The notes: generated from the letters alone by a model not told the origin. Positions 28,986 through 39,194 are shown, numbered from the stretch's first letter. The stretch: DNA of 64,000 nucleotides from SAR324 cluster bacterium (GCA_028282885.1 JANQGX010000051.1:503-64502), one strand, 5' to 3'. Program-made: numbers and translations.

Positions 28986-31526
28986 TCAATTGTTTCCGCT
29001 TACTTTAACAACTTCCGATGCCTGCTCGGGCTGGTCTTTATCTTTGATAAAGCTGCAAAGAGAAGGTAGCAGAAAAATGTCTGCCAACCAGGCGGATATG
29101 AAGGCCACACCAGTCAGGTACCCGAAATGTGCCATTCCCCTATGGGAACTGAAAATTAGCATGAAAAAACCAAGAACCAGAATGATAGTGGAAAAGCTGA
29201 TCGCCTGACCGACCTCACGAATACTGTTCTGTATCGCCTCGACCACCCTGCCTGTTTCCAGCATTTCGGTTCTGAAATGTGTAAGAAAATGAATCGTGTC
29301 ATCAACCGCAATACCGATGACCAGCGGTGCAATGATCAGGGTATCGCCATCCAGAGGGATTCCAAAAAATCCCATGGCACCAAAGGTAATCATTACCGGG
29401 AATAGGTTTGGAATCATACCCATTAAACCGATACGGGGAGAACCGAAAACAAAGAGCAGCATGACAGTGATGACAACCAGGGCAAGACCAAAACTCTGAA
29501 TCTGGGACCAGCTCATATAATCCACCAGTTTCATCATCAGGGCGATACCGCCGGTGATTTTAATATCCATTTCGGGATATGCAGGTTTCAGGGGTTTGAA
29601 CATCTCATCTGTTTTGAGCTGCACATCGTTGAAAAAATCCAGGTATTCGATCGATCCGTAATTCTTCAGCCGTACCGCTATCCGCCCACGATCATACCCG
29701 TCGGTTACCATCAACTGGCGATCATCAGGATTGGCGCTGTCAAATAGAAACAGTGTCTGGTGCAGGGCTCTTGAATCCTGGGGTATGATATACATCTCTT
29801 CCCTGTCTTCGTTTAAAACCTGGTAGGAATTCTTGACAATATTGACCAGCGAATCGGTTTTGACCACATAACGCGGATGTTTTTCCACCATATAATTCTG
29901 CAACGCCTCCATCGTGTTCAAAACAGCAGGATCCTTCAAAGCATCCTGTTTCTTGAAATCAAGGTAAATGTCCATACTCTGGGTGCCACCCATCATTTCA
30001 TCCACCACTTCAAACGCAACCCGCATAGGGTGTCCTTCCTTGATCAGTTCTACCATATTACTGTCCACCTTCACTTTGGTCAGTCCATAAACTGCAATGA
30101 CGGAAACAACAAAGAAGATTGACAGCACGATCACAGGATATCCGTGTGAATAGGGTTCAACCGTTCTCAGCAGTCTTTGCACCATTGAGATTTTAACCTC
30201 GTTGTTTGCGATACGATCCGCCTGCTTTTTGGAAATGGGATGCCACATGTGAAGCATCAACGGTAGCAGGATTACGGTAAAAAGAAATGCCAGTACCACT
30301 CCCAATGCTGCTGTAACCCCGAAAACCGCTATGGGTGGAATCGGTACAAAGATCATGGCCAGCAGTCCGGAAGCTGTGGTGACGCCGGTTAACATGCAGG
30401 CAAAACCCGATCTTTTCATGACTGATTTCAGAGCGGTCATGTGGTCGTATTTCTTATTCCTGAAAAAGATATAACCGGAAAGGATGTGAATGGAATAAGC
30501 AATCCCCACCACGAGTATCAGCATGACGATCAGGCTGATCATCATGCTCATGGTGACACCTAGCCAACTGACAATACCCAGGGTTACAATCATTGTCAGA
30601 ATAATTATGGTAATGGGCCAGACGACAGCGCTGAAAGAGCGAAACAGGTAGTAAAGAGAACCCAGCATCAGAACCAGCGTCCCCAACAAAATGTAGGACA
30701 TTTCGACATTAAGGATATAGTTGAACACCTGCATCAGAACTGGATTGCCCACAGGATAGAATTCAAAAGCATCTTCATACTCCGGCTTCTTCAAAATCCG
30801 CGTGATCTCATCGGCAAAGGCTGCAAATTCTCCCATGTCCGTGGTTTTGTATTTGGTGATGGTTTCCTCTTCCGCCAATTGATCATCCGGTTGAAGTTCC
30901 ACCTCAAATGCATCACTTTCGGAAAAATCCCCCTCATCCTCCGGAATGGCGCCATAATCGGTTCGAATATAGATTCCGCCGAATTGCGAATCCTCCGACA
31001 GATAGAAAAGCGGGTAATCCTTGTGAACCGAAGCCTCTCCTCTCAAGCGTTCGATTTGCTCTTCGCCTTCAGGAAGCTCCTCGCCGATGAAGTCACGTGA
31101 GTTCAATGTATCGCCGTCAACTTCCATATAGCTCACGTTGATCAGACTTTTTATTTCAATGATGTGATCCAACAAAGAATTCTCGTCATCAACGGCATTC
31201 AGCGAAGCCGTGTTCAAGTCTTCGTGTAATTTGGACAACACCTGCAGGGAGTTCCGGGAGAAAATGTCACCATCCTTTGCCCTGTAGACAATATAAACAG
31301 AGTTATCTCCACCGAAGTTATCCTTGAACTTGGTATAGGCAACAACGGCTGGATCGTCCCCGCGAAACCAGGATTCAAGAGACATATCCATCTTCATACC
31401 CGGCAAACCCGCAATACTGAAAATCGTAAGCAGCAAAAACAGCAACCAGATTTTCTTTTTGTTTGCGATCAAACGCTCGGGAAGCTGTTCGAAATAACCG
31501 ACAGTACGACCTAAAATGCTTTTCAT
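28986..31526 (-). CDS. RND-superfamily exporter of the MMPL/COG1033 type
   Basis: 846 aa. Two bundles of 6 TM helices, each preceded by a periplasmic domain. The N-terminus resembles predicted exporters of the RND superfamily. 4-nt overlap (ATGA) with the upstream SPFH gene. Confidence 0.8.
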   Translation of the reverse strand: MKSILGRTVGYFEQLPERLIANKKKIWLLFLLLTIFSIAGLPGMKMDMSLESWFRGDDPAVVAYTKFKDNFGGDNSVYIVYRAKDGDIFSRNSLQVLSKLHEDLNTASLNAVDDENSLLDHIIEIKSLINVSYMEVDGDTLNSRDFIGEELPEGEEQIERLRGEASVHKDYPLFYLSEDSQFGGIYIRTDYGAIPEDEGDFSESDAFEVELQPDDQLAEEETITKYKTTDMGEFAAFADEITRILKKPEYEDAFEFYPVGNPVLMQVFNYILNVEMSYILLGTLVLMLGSLYYLFRSFSAVVWPITIIILTMIVTLGIVSWLGVTMSMMISLIVMLILVVGIAYSIHILSGYIFFRNKKYDHMTALKSVMKRSGFACMLTGVTTASGLLAMIFVPIPPIAVFGVTAALGVVLAFLFTVILLPLMLHMWHPISKKQADRIANNEVKISMVQRLLRTVEPYSHGYPVIVLSIFFVVSVIAVYGLTKVKVDSNMVELIKEGHPMRVAFEVVDEMMGGTQSMDIYLDFKKQDALKDPAVLNTMEALQNYMVEKHPRYVVKTDSLVNIVKNSYQVLNEDREEMYIIPQDSRALHQTLFLFDSANPDDRQLMVTDGYDRGRIAVRLKNYGSIEYLDFFNDVQLKTDEMFKPLKPAYPEMDIKITGGIALMMKLVDYMSWSQIQSFGLALVVITVMLLFVFGSPRIGLMGMIPNLFPVMITFGAMGFFGIPLDGDTLIIAPLVIGIAVDDTIHFLTHFRTEMLETGRVVEAIQNSIREVGQAISFSTIILVLGFFMLIFSSHRGMAHFGYLTGVAFISAWLADIFLLPSLCSFIKDKDQPEQASEVVKVSGNN

Positions 31527-32479
31527 TTGTTTTCCCCTTTCTTATCTTTTGCTTCCTGGAAACCCATTGATGCCAGCCCGCTGACAGCTCCCAAATTCAT
31601 GGATTCGAGTGCCGAACTGGGCACAATGACCAGGGATCCCTTCTCTTTTAGTCCTTCGAACAACATGTTCATTCCTCTGAGCTGCAAGGCAACAGGATTG
31701 TTGCGATAACGTTCGCTTGCTTGCTCAAATTTTTCCGATATTTCAGTCTCCGCTGTTCCCAGGATTATCCTGGCCTGCCTCTCTCTTTCCGCCTGCGCCT
31801 GTTTGCTCATAGCATCGGAGAGATCCGCCGGTATCACAATATCTCTGATACCAACATTCTGACAGGTAATCCCCCAGGGATTGGTCTGCTCATCCAGGGC
31901 ATGCTGAAGATCTCCTGCAATCTTCTCCCGATTCTGGAGCAGATCCGCCAATTCATGTTTACCAATAATATCCCGTAGTCCGGTCTGGGCAGCGAATAAC
32001 ACAGCATCGACATATTCCTGGACCTCCAGGGCTGTTTTTTCAGCATCCCAGACCGTCCAATAGGCAACCGCATCAACATTGACAGGAACCGTATCCTTGG
32101 TCAGTGTTTTCTCCGCACTGAAACTGGTCACTCTCACCCTTTGATCGATATACTTGTCTACGTGATCAATGAAAGGAATGATTGCAAAGAAACCCGGTCC
32201 TTTCAGGCCCCTGTATTTACCAAGTCTCAAGACAACGGCTTTCTCCCATTGATCTGCGGTTTTCAGTGAGTAGCAGATCAATCCCAATCCGATCGTCACA
32301 AATAGAATGTAAATAGACATCTGTGTCACATAGCGGATTTTATCGCCATCTGTGGCAAATGTCCTGTCTAAATCAATGATATAAAAGTAGAAACACCAGA
32401 ATTCCACCAACAACAGAATAAAAAACAGGGCAAGTCCGAATTTAATTTTAGTCTGTTGTCCACTTTTTATGAACGCCAT
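31523..32479 (-). CDS. SPFH/Band-7 (stomatin/prohibitin-like) membrane protein
   Basis: N-terminal TM helices, SPFH core, and a C-terminal coiled coil (QAQAERERQARIILGTAETEISEKFEQASE). Confidence 0.85.
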   Translation of the reverse strand: MAFIKSGQQTKIKFGLALFFILLLVEFWCFYFYIIDLDRTFATDGDKIRYVTQMSIYILFVTIGLGLICYSLKTADQWEKAVVLRLGKYRGLKGPGFFAIIPFIDHVDKYIDQRVRVTSFSAEKTLTKDTVPVNVDAVAYWTVWDAEKTALEVQEYVDAVLFAAQTGLRDIIGKHELADLLQNREKIAGDLQHALDEQTNPWGITCQNVGIRDIVIPADLSDAMSKQAQAERERQARIILGTAETEISEKFEQASERYRNNPVALQLRGMNMLFEGLKEKGSLVIVPSSALESMNLGAVSGLASMGFQEAKDKKGENK

Positions 32480-32511
32480 AGATCACTCCCCGGGTAGTCC
32501 GCCTTTATTGT

Positions 32512-32892
32512 TTAACTGGTTTTGTTTTGCATTCTTTGCAATTCCTTGGTGATCTCCTCTATCGAAAATCCGTAACTACTGGCAACATTAACAAACTCCT
32601 TGCAAATCCCTTCCAGCTTACCGATTCTCTCCTTCTCATCAATTTCCACACTTACCTCACTAATAAAAGTACCAGTACCTTGTTGGGTCTCCAGAATTTT
32701 CAATATTTCCAGTTCTTTGTATGCTTTGCTGACCGTGTTCAGGTTAACTTTTAGTTCAACCGCTAACGCCCGGACAGTAGGCAATTGCTCGCCCGCTTTC
32801 CATTTGCCGGAGACGATACCATAGCGAATTTGATCGATAATCTGCCTGTAAAGGGGAACGCCGCTTTTATGATCCAGTTTGAATTCAATCAT
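32512..32892 (-). CDS. GntR-family transcriptional regulator, short YtrA-like subtype
   Basis: 126 aa. N-terminal wHTH: GEQLPTVRALAVELKVNLNTVSKAYKELE. First gene of an operon with the SPFH and MMPL genes. Confidence 0.8.
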   Translation of the reverse strand: MIEFKLDHKSGVPLYRQIIDQIRYGIVSGKWKAGEQLPTVRALAVELKVNLNTVSKAYKELEILKILETQQGTGTFISEVSVEIDEKERIGKLEGICKEFVNVASSYGFSIEEITKELQRMQNKTS

Positions 32893-33441
32893 CTTTTCCC
32901 TGTACCTTCAATTTGACCAACCAGACTTGCTTTATTCCTCCACCAGTCTGCTTTTGACATGTAGTTTGCAAACACGATCAGATCGTTTCCTTTCAGGTTT
33001 TATGTCATACGTAATGGAGTGAAAGGGGAACTATTGTATTAGATGTATAGTACAATATAAAAATAAACAACTGCACCTTAATTGTCAAGGGTTATTCTGG
33101 ATGAAAATCGCTGTCATCGGCGAATTGACAGTCATCAGCCAGCACCGGGAAAAGATAAGGGTATAATGTGAACGACCCCTCACGACAGGATCAGGCGTTT
33201 CAGCTCGTTAGGGAGTGCGGCGATAAAGAGGCAACGCCTTCCGGATGGAAACCGGACCAGCAAACCTCGGAACCGGCCCCGGTTTAACAGGAATGGTCTG
33301 GGAAGTCTTGAGAACCAAACAGGCTCTTGATTGACCAAAATTACACCCAACTGAATCCCACTTCCGACATATGCGGCAGCCGGGATTCTCTTGCCTGGTA
33401 TCTTGATCAGCAAGAGCATCCACATATCGGAAAAAAGCAAT

Positions 33442-35739
33442 CTAAATTTTAAAAGGATTGGAATGGTACTCCCGGATTATCTGGGTTGTTTTAATCAGAT
33501 TGTTCATAAAAGCATCCATATAAGCCGGAATCTTCCTGAAGACACGATGACCATACAGATTCACCCTGGCGATGTCTATATCATCATCCGCAGTGATACA
33601 GATCAGATGAGAATCCGCAAATCTCTCTTTCAGTTCGGCTGCTGCATCATGACCAATTCCATCGGGGAGATTGACATCAATAAAGCAGACCTGCGGGATG
33701 AAATCGCTGTTCAGATCGATAAATTCCTTCATTTCCCTGATGGTCAAAAATGAGTAAATATCCGCGTAGGGCAGGGTTTCCCCGAACCTTTCCTTCATCA
33801 GCCCGACCAGCCATTCGTCATCTTCAAGAATCAGTACATTAAGACGTTGTTCCTTGAATTCTTTTTCCGCTTCCAGGCTTTTTTGATGGATGGCGACAAA
33901 GGAGTCAAAATTATCCAGAAAGACTTTTAACAACCTGGGATCAAAGGACTCGAGGGGTTTCAAGCGATCATCCCCATCTTTCATGATGAGCTTGGCATCG
34001 TTATAAGTGAAGGCTTTTTTGTAGGCCCGTTTTGAAATGAGGGCATCAAACACATCCACAATGGCGGTGATACGGCTGGAGAGAGGAATGGCCCTGCCTT
34101 TAAGACCATCCGGATAGCCGCTGCCATTCCATTTTTCGTGATGAAACATGGCAATCTCATTTGCCATACGGAAATCAGGATTGCGGCCAATGATAATGGA
34201 TCCATACAGGGTATGATTTTTTATCACTTCAAACTCTTCCGCTGTCAGGCGTTCATCTTTGTTCAGCATGGCCGATGTGATATGGATCTTTCCCACATCG
34301 TGTAATTGTGCTGAAATCTGGATATCTTTCTGATAGTCTTCATCCATTCCGACCAGTGCGGCAAGTCGCTGACCGTAATTGCCGATCCTGATGGTATGGT
34401 CGCCCGTATCCTGGTCGAAAACTTCCGCTGCCCTGGCCAAGGTTCCCACGGCATGTTTGAAAAGTCCCTGTAGATTTCTGTCATGGGCATAACGTTCGGT
34501 AACATCACGGATCATACCCCGAAATCCGGTTCCCACTCCGTCTTCCTTGATCAGCGATATGGAAGTTTCCAAATATTTGCTGATTCCGGTGGGACGGGAG
34601 CGCTCCCAATTAGATATGGAGGAAGGCAAACCGGTTGACTGGACCTGATTCAGAGTTTCGTTCAAGCGATCCAGATCCGCCTTTTCAAACAACTGCTTTA
34701 AATCCCGATTCAGCAACTGCTCCTTCTGGTTTTCAAATATCTTGCAGAGGGAATCGTTCATAAAAACAAACTTGCCATTCAGATCGAGCTCGTAGTATCC
34801 CTCTTCAATGTTCTCCAGAATGTTCCTGTACTTTTCTTCGTTTTTTCGAATTTTAGCGTTGGCCTCCCTGTTCTTTTCAATCTCATCCCTCAGGTGTTCA
34901 TTGGTATTTTTCAAATCATTGGTTCTCTCCTCGACAAGCTCCTCAAGTTGATGCTGGTGCCTCAGCAGATCAACTTCTATCCTTTTCATTTCGGAAATAT
35001 CTCTACTAAACAACGTCACTCCCACAATCTCACCGGACTTAATCATGGGTCCCACCCGTGTGGAAAACCAGTAAAGCTCATCAGAGATATCCGTAATGGG
35101 TAATTCGAAGCTGTCAATCTGGCCGGTATTTAAAACGCCTTCGATTTTTGTTTTTACCTCCTCGTGAAATGGCTCCGGAACGATTTCGTAGATGTTTTTA
35201 GGAGCGTTGTCCGTAAGCAGTTTGGTAAAGTCTCGGTTTGAAAACAGGATTTCGCCTTCCCTGGAAGAATGAATAATAATATCCGGTGAATTTTCGATCA
35301 GGGATCGGTATTTGTCTTCACTGGACCTGAGATCAAACTCCACCTCTTTTCGCCTGTCTTCTTCCTGAATCAGGCGAATAAAAGCAGCGACCTTGGCGAT
35401 CAACTCTTCATACTCAAACGGCTTGATCAGGTAATCGTCTCCCCCCGCCTTGTATCCGTTCAGACGATCTTCAAGATTGGCTTTGGCGGACAGGAAAAGT
35501 ATTCTGACTCCGTTCAGTTCGGGATCTGCTTTTATCCTTCTGCAGACTTCGAAGCCATCAATTCCCGGCATCATGATGTCCAGAAGCACAAGATGCGGTT
35601 TAATATCGTGGATTTGTTCAAGTGCTTCTTCCCCGGTCTGAAATGCGCTCAGCCGGTAATCATCTTTCAGGGTTTCAGCAACCAATTCCAGCAGCGAAGG
35701 ATTATCATCGATAATCATCACCTTATAGGATTTTGCCAT
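33442..35739 (-). CDS. Response regulator / c-di-GMP phosphodiesterase with REC-PAS-PAS-HD-GYP and a second degenerate receiver domain
   Basis: REC: VMIIDDNPSLL...LLDIMMPGIDGFE. Two PAS-like segments. HD-GYP: HTIRIGNYG...AQLHDVGKI...HHEKWNGSGYPDGL. C-terminal LNVLILEDDEWL...FIDVNLPDG resembles a second receiver. Confidence 0.85.
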   Translation of the reverse strand: MAKSYKVMIIDDNPSLLELVAETLKDDYRLSAFQTGEEALEQIHDIKPHLVLLDIMMPGIDGFEVCRRIKADPELNGVRILFLSAKANLEDRLNGYKAGGDDYLIKPFEYEELIAKVAAFIRLIQEEDRRKEVEFDLRSSEDKYRSLIENSPDIIIHSSREGEILFSNRDFTKLLTDNAPKNIYEIVPEPFHEEVKTKIEGVLNTGQIDSFELPITDISDELYWFSTRVGPMIKSGEIVGVTLFSRDISEMKRIEVDLLRHQHQLEELVEERTNDLKNTNEHLRDEIEKNREANAKIRKNEEKYRNILENIEEGYYELDLNGKFVFMNDSLCKIFENQKEQLLNRDLKQLFEKADLDRLNETLNQVQSTGLPSSISNWERSRPTGISKYLETSISLIKEDGVGTGFRGMIRDVTERYAHDRNLQGLFKHAVGTLARAAEVFDQDTGDHTIRIGNYGQRLAALVGMDEDYQKDIQISAQLHDVGKIHITSAMLNKDERLTAEEFEVIKNHTLYGSIIIGRNPDFRMANEIAMFHHEKWNGSGYPDGLKGRAIPLSSRITAIVDVFDALISKRAYKKAFTYNDAKLIMKDGDDRLKPLESFDPRLLKVFLDNFDSFVAIHQKSLEAEKEFKEQRLNVLILEDDEWLVGLMKERFGETLPYADIYSFLTIREMKEFIDLNSDFIPQVCFIDVNLPDGIGHDAAAELKERFADSHLICITADDDIDIARVNLYGHRVFRKIPAYMDAFMNNLIKTTQIIREYHSNPFKI

Positions 35740-36130
35740 TCGAAAGACCTTCTTTCTTGTTGGTTAACAGTCCATATCCGCAACGCTTTGTGCTACTCAT
35801 CAGACTTCTGCACATCCCTTTGCATCGTTTCAGGTCTAAATATGCGACTGAATAACATATTGATGCATCCCGATAAAGATCCGAAATAGATTAAATGTAA
35901 GGAACATGCTTTAATCTCACATCATCTTATCGGAAATTAGATCTAATTACAAATCAATATACTAAAACTTAAAAGAATCGCCTTTTTGCAAAATCTGCAT
36001 CAAAATTGTTTCGATAGATTGCCATTGTGGAAGAATTGGTCTCCTGTTTAAGACGTGATTACTCACGATCTTTCAGACCAGGTGAATTTGAATCGGATAT
36101 TAATCCGGTTCGACAACCCGAGGAGGCAAT

Positions 36131-36716
36131 AATGAAAAAAGAGGAGACTATTTATGTCTTATCCGGATCTGTCTCCCTGAAGATTGCAGAGGACCAGTTT
36201 GAGCCGGAGCCCGGGGATTGCGTCTATTACCTCTCAACAACACCCCACCTGATCGCTGCCAGGGAAAGGCAGGCTACCATAATCGCTGTGATTTTAGGTG
36301 AATGGAAGTCAGCATGGCCATCAACGGGATTCCTTTTCCATCGCTTTGATTGTCCTCCAGGCTCCCTCCATCGCGTTATTCATCCCGGCACCACTCTCGC
36401 TTTGCGCACCGATATACCAGAGATTTTTGATCGGTGTTTTATGGGAAAGCCCTTTTTTCCCCATCACAGGAGCAACACCTCCGAAAGCGTGATGTTTGAG
36501 ATGGGTTCTTTTCCTGAAATCATCCGGCGTAACAATCATTTTTGTAACGGTATGATCTCGCAGACCGGGGATCTGTTTTTCTGCTTCAATTATCAGTTTT
36601 TCCGCCATCTCCTCCTTTCTTTCTGCCCAGCTTCCATTTTCCGGATTGTTGGGTGCTATCGTGTAGATGGTCAAACTATGATGCCCTTCAGGCGCCATGG
36701 CAGGTGTATGGTATGA
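36131..36716 (+). pseudogene. Possible remnant of a cupin-domain gene with a strong ribosome-binding site but no in-frame stop before it runs antisense into the convergent gene
   Basis: GGAGG ribosome-binding site 5 nt before ATG 36131. ETIYVLSGSVSLKIAEDQFEPEPGDCVYYLSTTPHLIAA matches cupin motif 2 only. The ORF then continues 400 nt antisense to the oxidoreductase gene. Confidence 0.25.
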
Positions 36717-37850
36717 CGGGATATAGATAACAAAACCCTCTTTACCTTCATGATATTTACCCTTTTTGATATCATCAATTCCGTGTTCAAAATCAAGAGT
36801 ATTGTAATAGTAAGTCGTAGCAACACCCTGATATGGCCTCGGATCGAAATCAACTCCCAGATTTACCATAAAAACCGACTCCATCAGCGGCAGGTCATCA
36901 ACCTGTTTTCTCAGGCTTTCCGGAGAGTTTTCCGCGTCCAGTAAATCCACAAATTCCCTGGCACCTCCGCTACCAATGACAACGTCTGCACTCTCCGTAT
37001 TTTCATCATCCAGAACCACACCCACGGCCTTCCCATCCTTAATGTTGATTTTTTGGACAGCTTTTCCCGTTACTATCCGTCCTCCCTTTTCCAGTATCTT
37101 CTTTTCCAGACATTTCACCAGAACTCCGCAACCACCAAGAATGTAAGTATAGCTGGGATGCCTGCCGATATTGGAGAGTTCAAGCGGAATTCTGCGATCA
37201 AAAGCCGGTTCGGGATTGACAAAGAATATTCCCAATCCCTGGAACTCACTGGGTCTCACCACAAAATCTGCCAATATGGACAAAAAGACTGCCTTTAATT
37301 CAGGATTTTTGAAATAACGTTCAGCAAAACGCTGGGAGTTCCATTTTAAATAAGGTAAAAATGGAAGTAATTTCATAAACATACGCATTTTATACATTCT
37401 GCTGGCAACTCCTCCTGATCTTTCGGATTTTCTGGCGAGAGTCACCAACTCCATAAACTTAACATAGTCTTTATAATAGCGATCCAGACCTGTTGAATCT
37501 TCAGGGAAAAGCGTTTTGAGAAATTCGATTCGCCACTTGGCTCCGCTGTATTTCACCGGTTTCTCGATTCTGAATCCAGGGAAAGAGTATATGCGATCAG
37601 ATCTTTTCAATGGAATCTCCCGTGTTACTGATAAATCGGACAGAATGCTCCCTACCTGCTCTCCCTCGCTAAAGCCTTCCACCAACATCTGCCCCTGGTT
37701 CCAGATGAAGCCATCTTGACGCAACTCTCCCGTAACACCGCCAATCTCTTCAAACTGCTCATAAATACGAACTTCATAACCCTTGTCCACCAGGTATGCA
37801 CCGGCTGTTAATCCCGAGATACCCGATCCGATAATAATCGCCTTCACCAT
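36321..37850 (-). CDS. FAD-dependent oxidoreductase, phytoene-desaturase (CrtI)-like family; paralogue of the 7285 gene
   Basis: N-terminal IIGSGISGLTAGAYL...YEQFEEIGG dinucleotide-binding motif, 509 aa. Confidence 0.8.
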   Translation of the reverse strand: MVKAIIIGSGISGLTAGAYLVDKGYEVRIYEQFEEIGGVTGELRQDGFIWNQGQMLVEGFSEGEQVGSILSDLSVTREIPLKRSDRIYSFPGFRIEKPVKYSGAKWRIEFLKTLFPEDSTGLDRYYKDYVKFMELVTLARKSERSGGVASRMYKMRMFMKLLPFLPYLKWNSQRFAERYFKNPELKAVFLSILADFVVRPSEFQGLGIFFVNPEPAFDRRIPLELSNIGRHPSYTYILGGCGVLVKCLEKKILEKGGRIVTGKAVQKINIKDGKAVGVVLDDENTESADVVIGSGGAREFVDLLDAENSPESLRKQVDDLPLMESVFMVNLGVDFDPRPYQGVATTYYYNTLDFEHGIDDIKKGKYHEGKEGFVIYIPSYHTPAMAPEGHHSLTIYTIAPNNPENGSWAERKEEMAEKLIIEAEKQIPGLRDHTVTKMIVTPDDFRKRTHLKHHAFGGVAPVMGKKGLSHKTPIKNLWYIGAQSESGAGMNNAMEGAWRTIKAMEKESR

Positions 37851-38104
37851 CCTCTCCCTTTTTTAATTTGAGATAAACGGCCTTGACCGGTCCATCCGGA
37901 CTTATTGATTGCTGTATACACACATGATGATGATTTGTAAATGGAATCACCCTTTATCACAGGGCTAATTGAAGATCTAACCGGATGGGCCGTTATCTTT
38001 TGGCCACTCCGACAATCTGATGGCCGATCCATTTACAATCCAGATTCCAGTACGATAAGCTAGACCAGAAATACAATCTATAAAATTCAATTGCAAGGAA
38101 TCAT

Positions 38105-38821
38105 ATGACAGAAGAACTGTTTTCCAGCGATAGTTATATTAAAACATTTGAAGCTGTTGTTGCGGAGATTGATCAGGAAGAGAAATCAGTAGTCCTGGGC
38201 AAAACCGCTTTTTTTCCCGGAGGCGGAGGACAACCCTGTGACTTGGGCGTCTTAAACCAGGGTGACAATAGCTATGAAGTGGTAAAGACAGCCAGAAAGA
38301 ACGGAAGGATCATTCACCTTTTGAAGGACGACGTTCCTGAAGTTGGTTCCACAGTGGAAGGAACCATTGACTGGGAGAGACGATATCAATTGATGAGAAC
38401 CCATACGGCTCTGCATGTCATGTGTGGCGTTATCTGGAGAGATTATCAGGCACAGGTAACCGGCGGCAATATGGATATTGATAAAGGACGACTGGACTTT
38501 GAATTCGAATCCTTTTCCGCCGAACTGGTGAAAGAAATTGAAGAAAAACTCAATATAGAGGTAAAAGCAGGACGAGAAGTCGAGGTTCTGGTTCTGCCGA
38601 GGGAAGAAGCATTCCAGATTCCCGGCCTGATCCGCACTAAAGTTAACCTTTTGCCGGAATCCCTGAAACAAATCAGGGTAATTTCCATCAAAGACCTGGA
38701 TATTCAGGCGGATGGAGGTACTCACGTTGCTAATACTTCGGAAATCGGTACCATCAGAATAACCAAACACAAGAGCAAAGGTCGAATTAATAAGCGTATT
38801 GAGATTGCAATCGATCCCTGA
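38105..38821 (+). CDS. AlaX-M-type alanyl-tRNA editing protein (Ser-tRNA(Ala) deacylase)
   Basis: Zinc-binding editing motifs HTALHVM and GGTHV. Sized like the AlaRS second-additional-domain. Confidence 0.75.
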   Translation: MTEELFSSDSYIKTFEAVVAEIDQEEKSVVLGKTAFFPGGGGQPCDLGVLNQGDNSYEVVKTARKNGRIIHLLKDDVPEVGSTVEGTIDWERRYQLMRTHTALHVMCGVIWRDYQAQVTGGNMDIDKGRLDFEFESFSAELVKEIEEKLNIEVKAGREVEVLVLPREEAFQIPGLIRTKVNLLPESLKQIRVISIKDLDIQADGGTHVANTSEIGTIRITKHKSKGRINKRIEIAIDP

Positions 38822-38849
38822 TTATCAGCATCTTATCCAAAAACTTAAA

Positions 38850-39176
38850 ATGGCCGATTTAACTGAAGTAATTATATGCTATAACGACCTGGATGCAGAG
38901 ATTGTCAAAGGATCTCTGGAAAGGGCTGGGATTGACGTTTTCATCAGCAAGGATGACTGCGGAGGAATGGAGCCGCAACTCCAGATGACGGAAGGGATCA
39001 AAGTCATGGTTCCCTCCGCCCAGGCTGCAAAGGCCCGACTTGTCCTGGATGGAATCGAATCCAGGACCAACACCGGACCGGAAAACGGTAGGCAGTGGCA
39101 ATGTGAGAGTTGTGGAGAACTCCTGGATCCGCAGTTCACAGATTGCTGGAACTGTGGCGCAGCAAAAGAAAAATAA
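38850..39176 (+). CDS. DUF2007 (putative signal-transducing) domain protein with a C-terminal zinc ribbon
   Basis: MADLTEVIICYNDLDAEIVKGSLERAGIDVFI matches the DUF2007 fold. C-terminal CESCG...CWNCG. Confidence 0.55.
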   Translation: MADLTEVIICYNDLDAEIVKGSLERAGIDVFISKDDCGGMEPQLQMTEGIKVMVPSAQAAKARLVLDGIESRTNTGPENGRQWQCESCGELLDPQFTDCWNCGAAKEK

Positions 39177-39194
39177 GAGCGTTGACTGCTGTTG

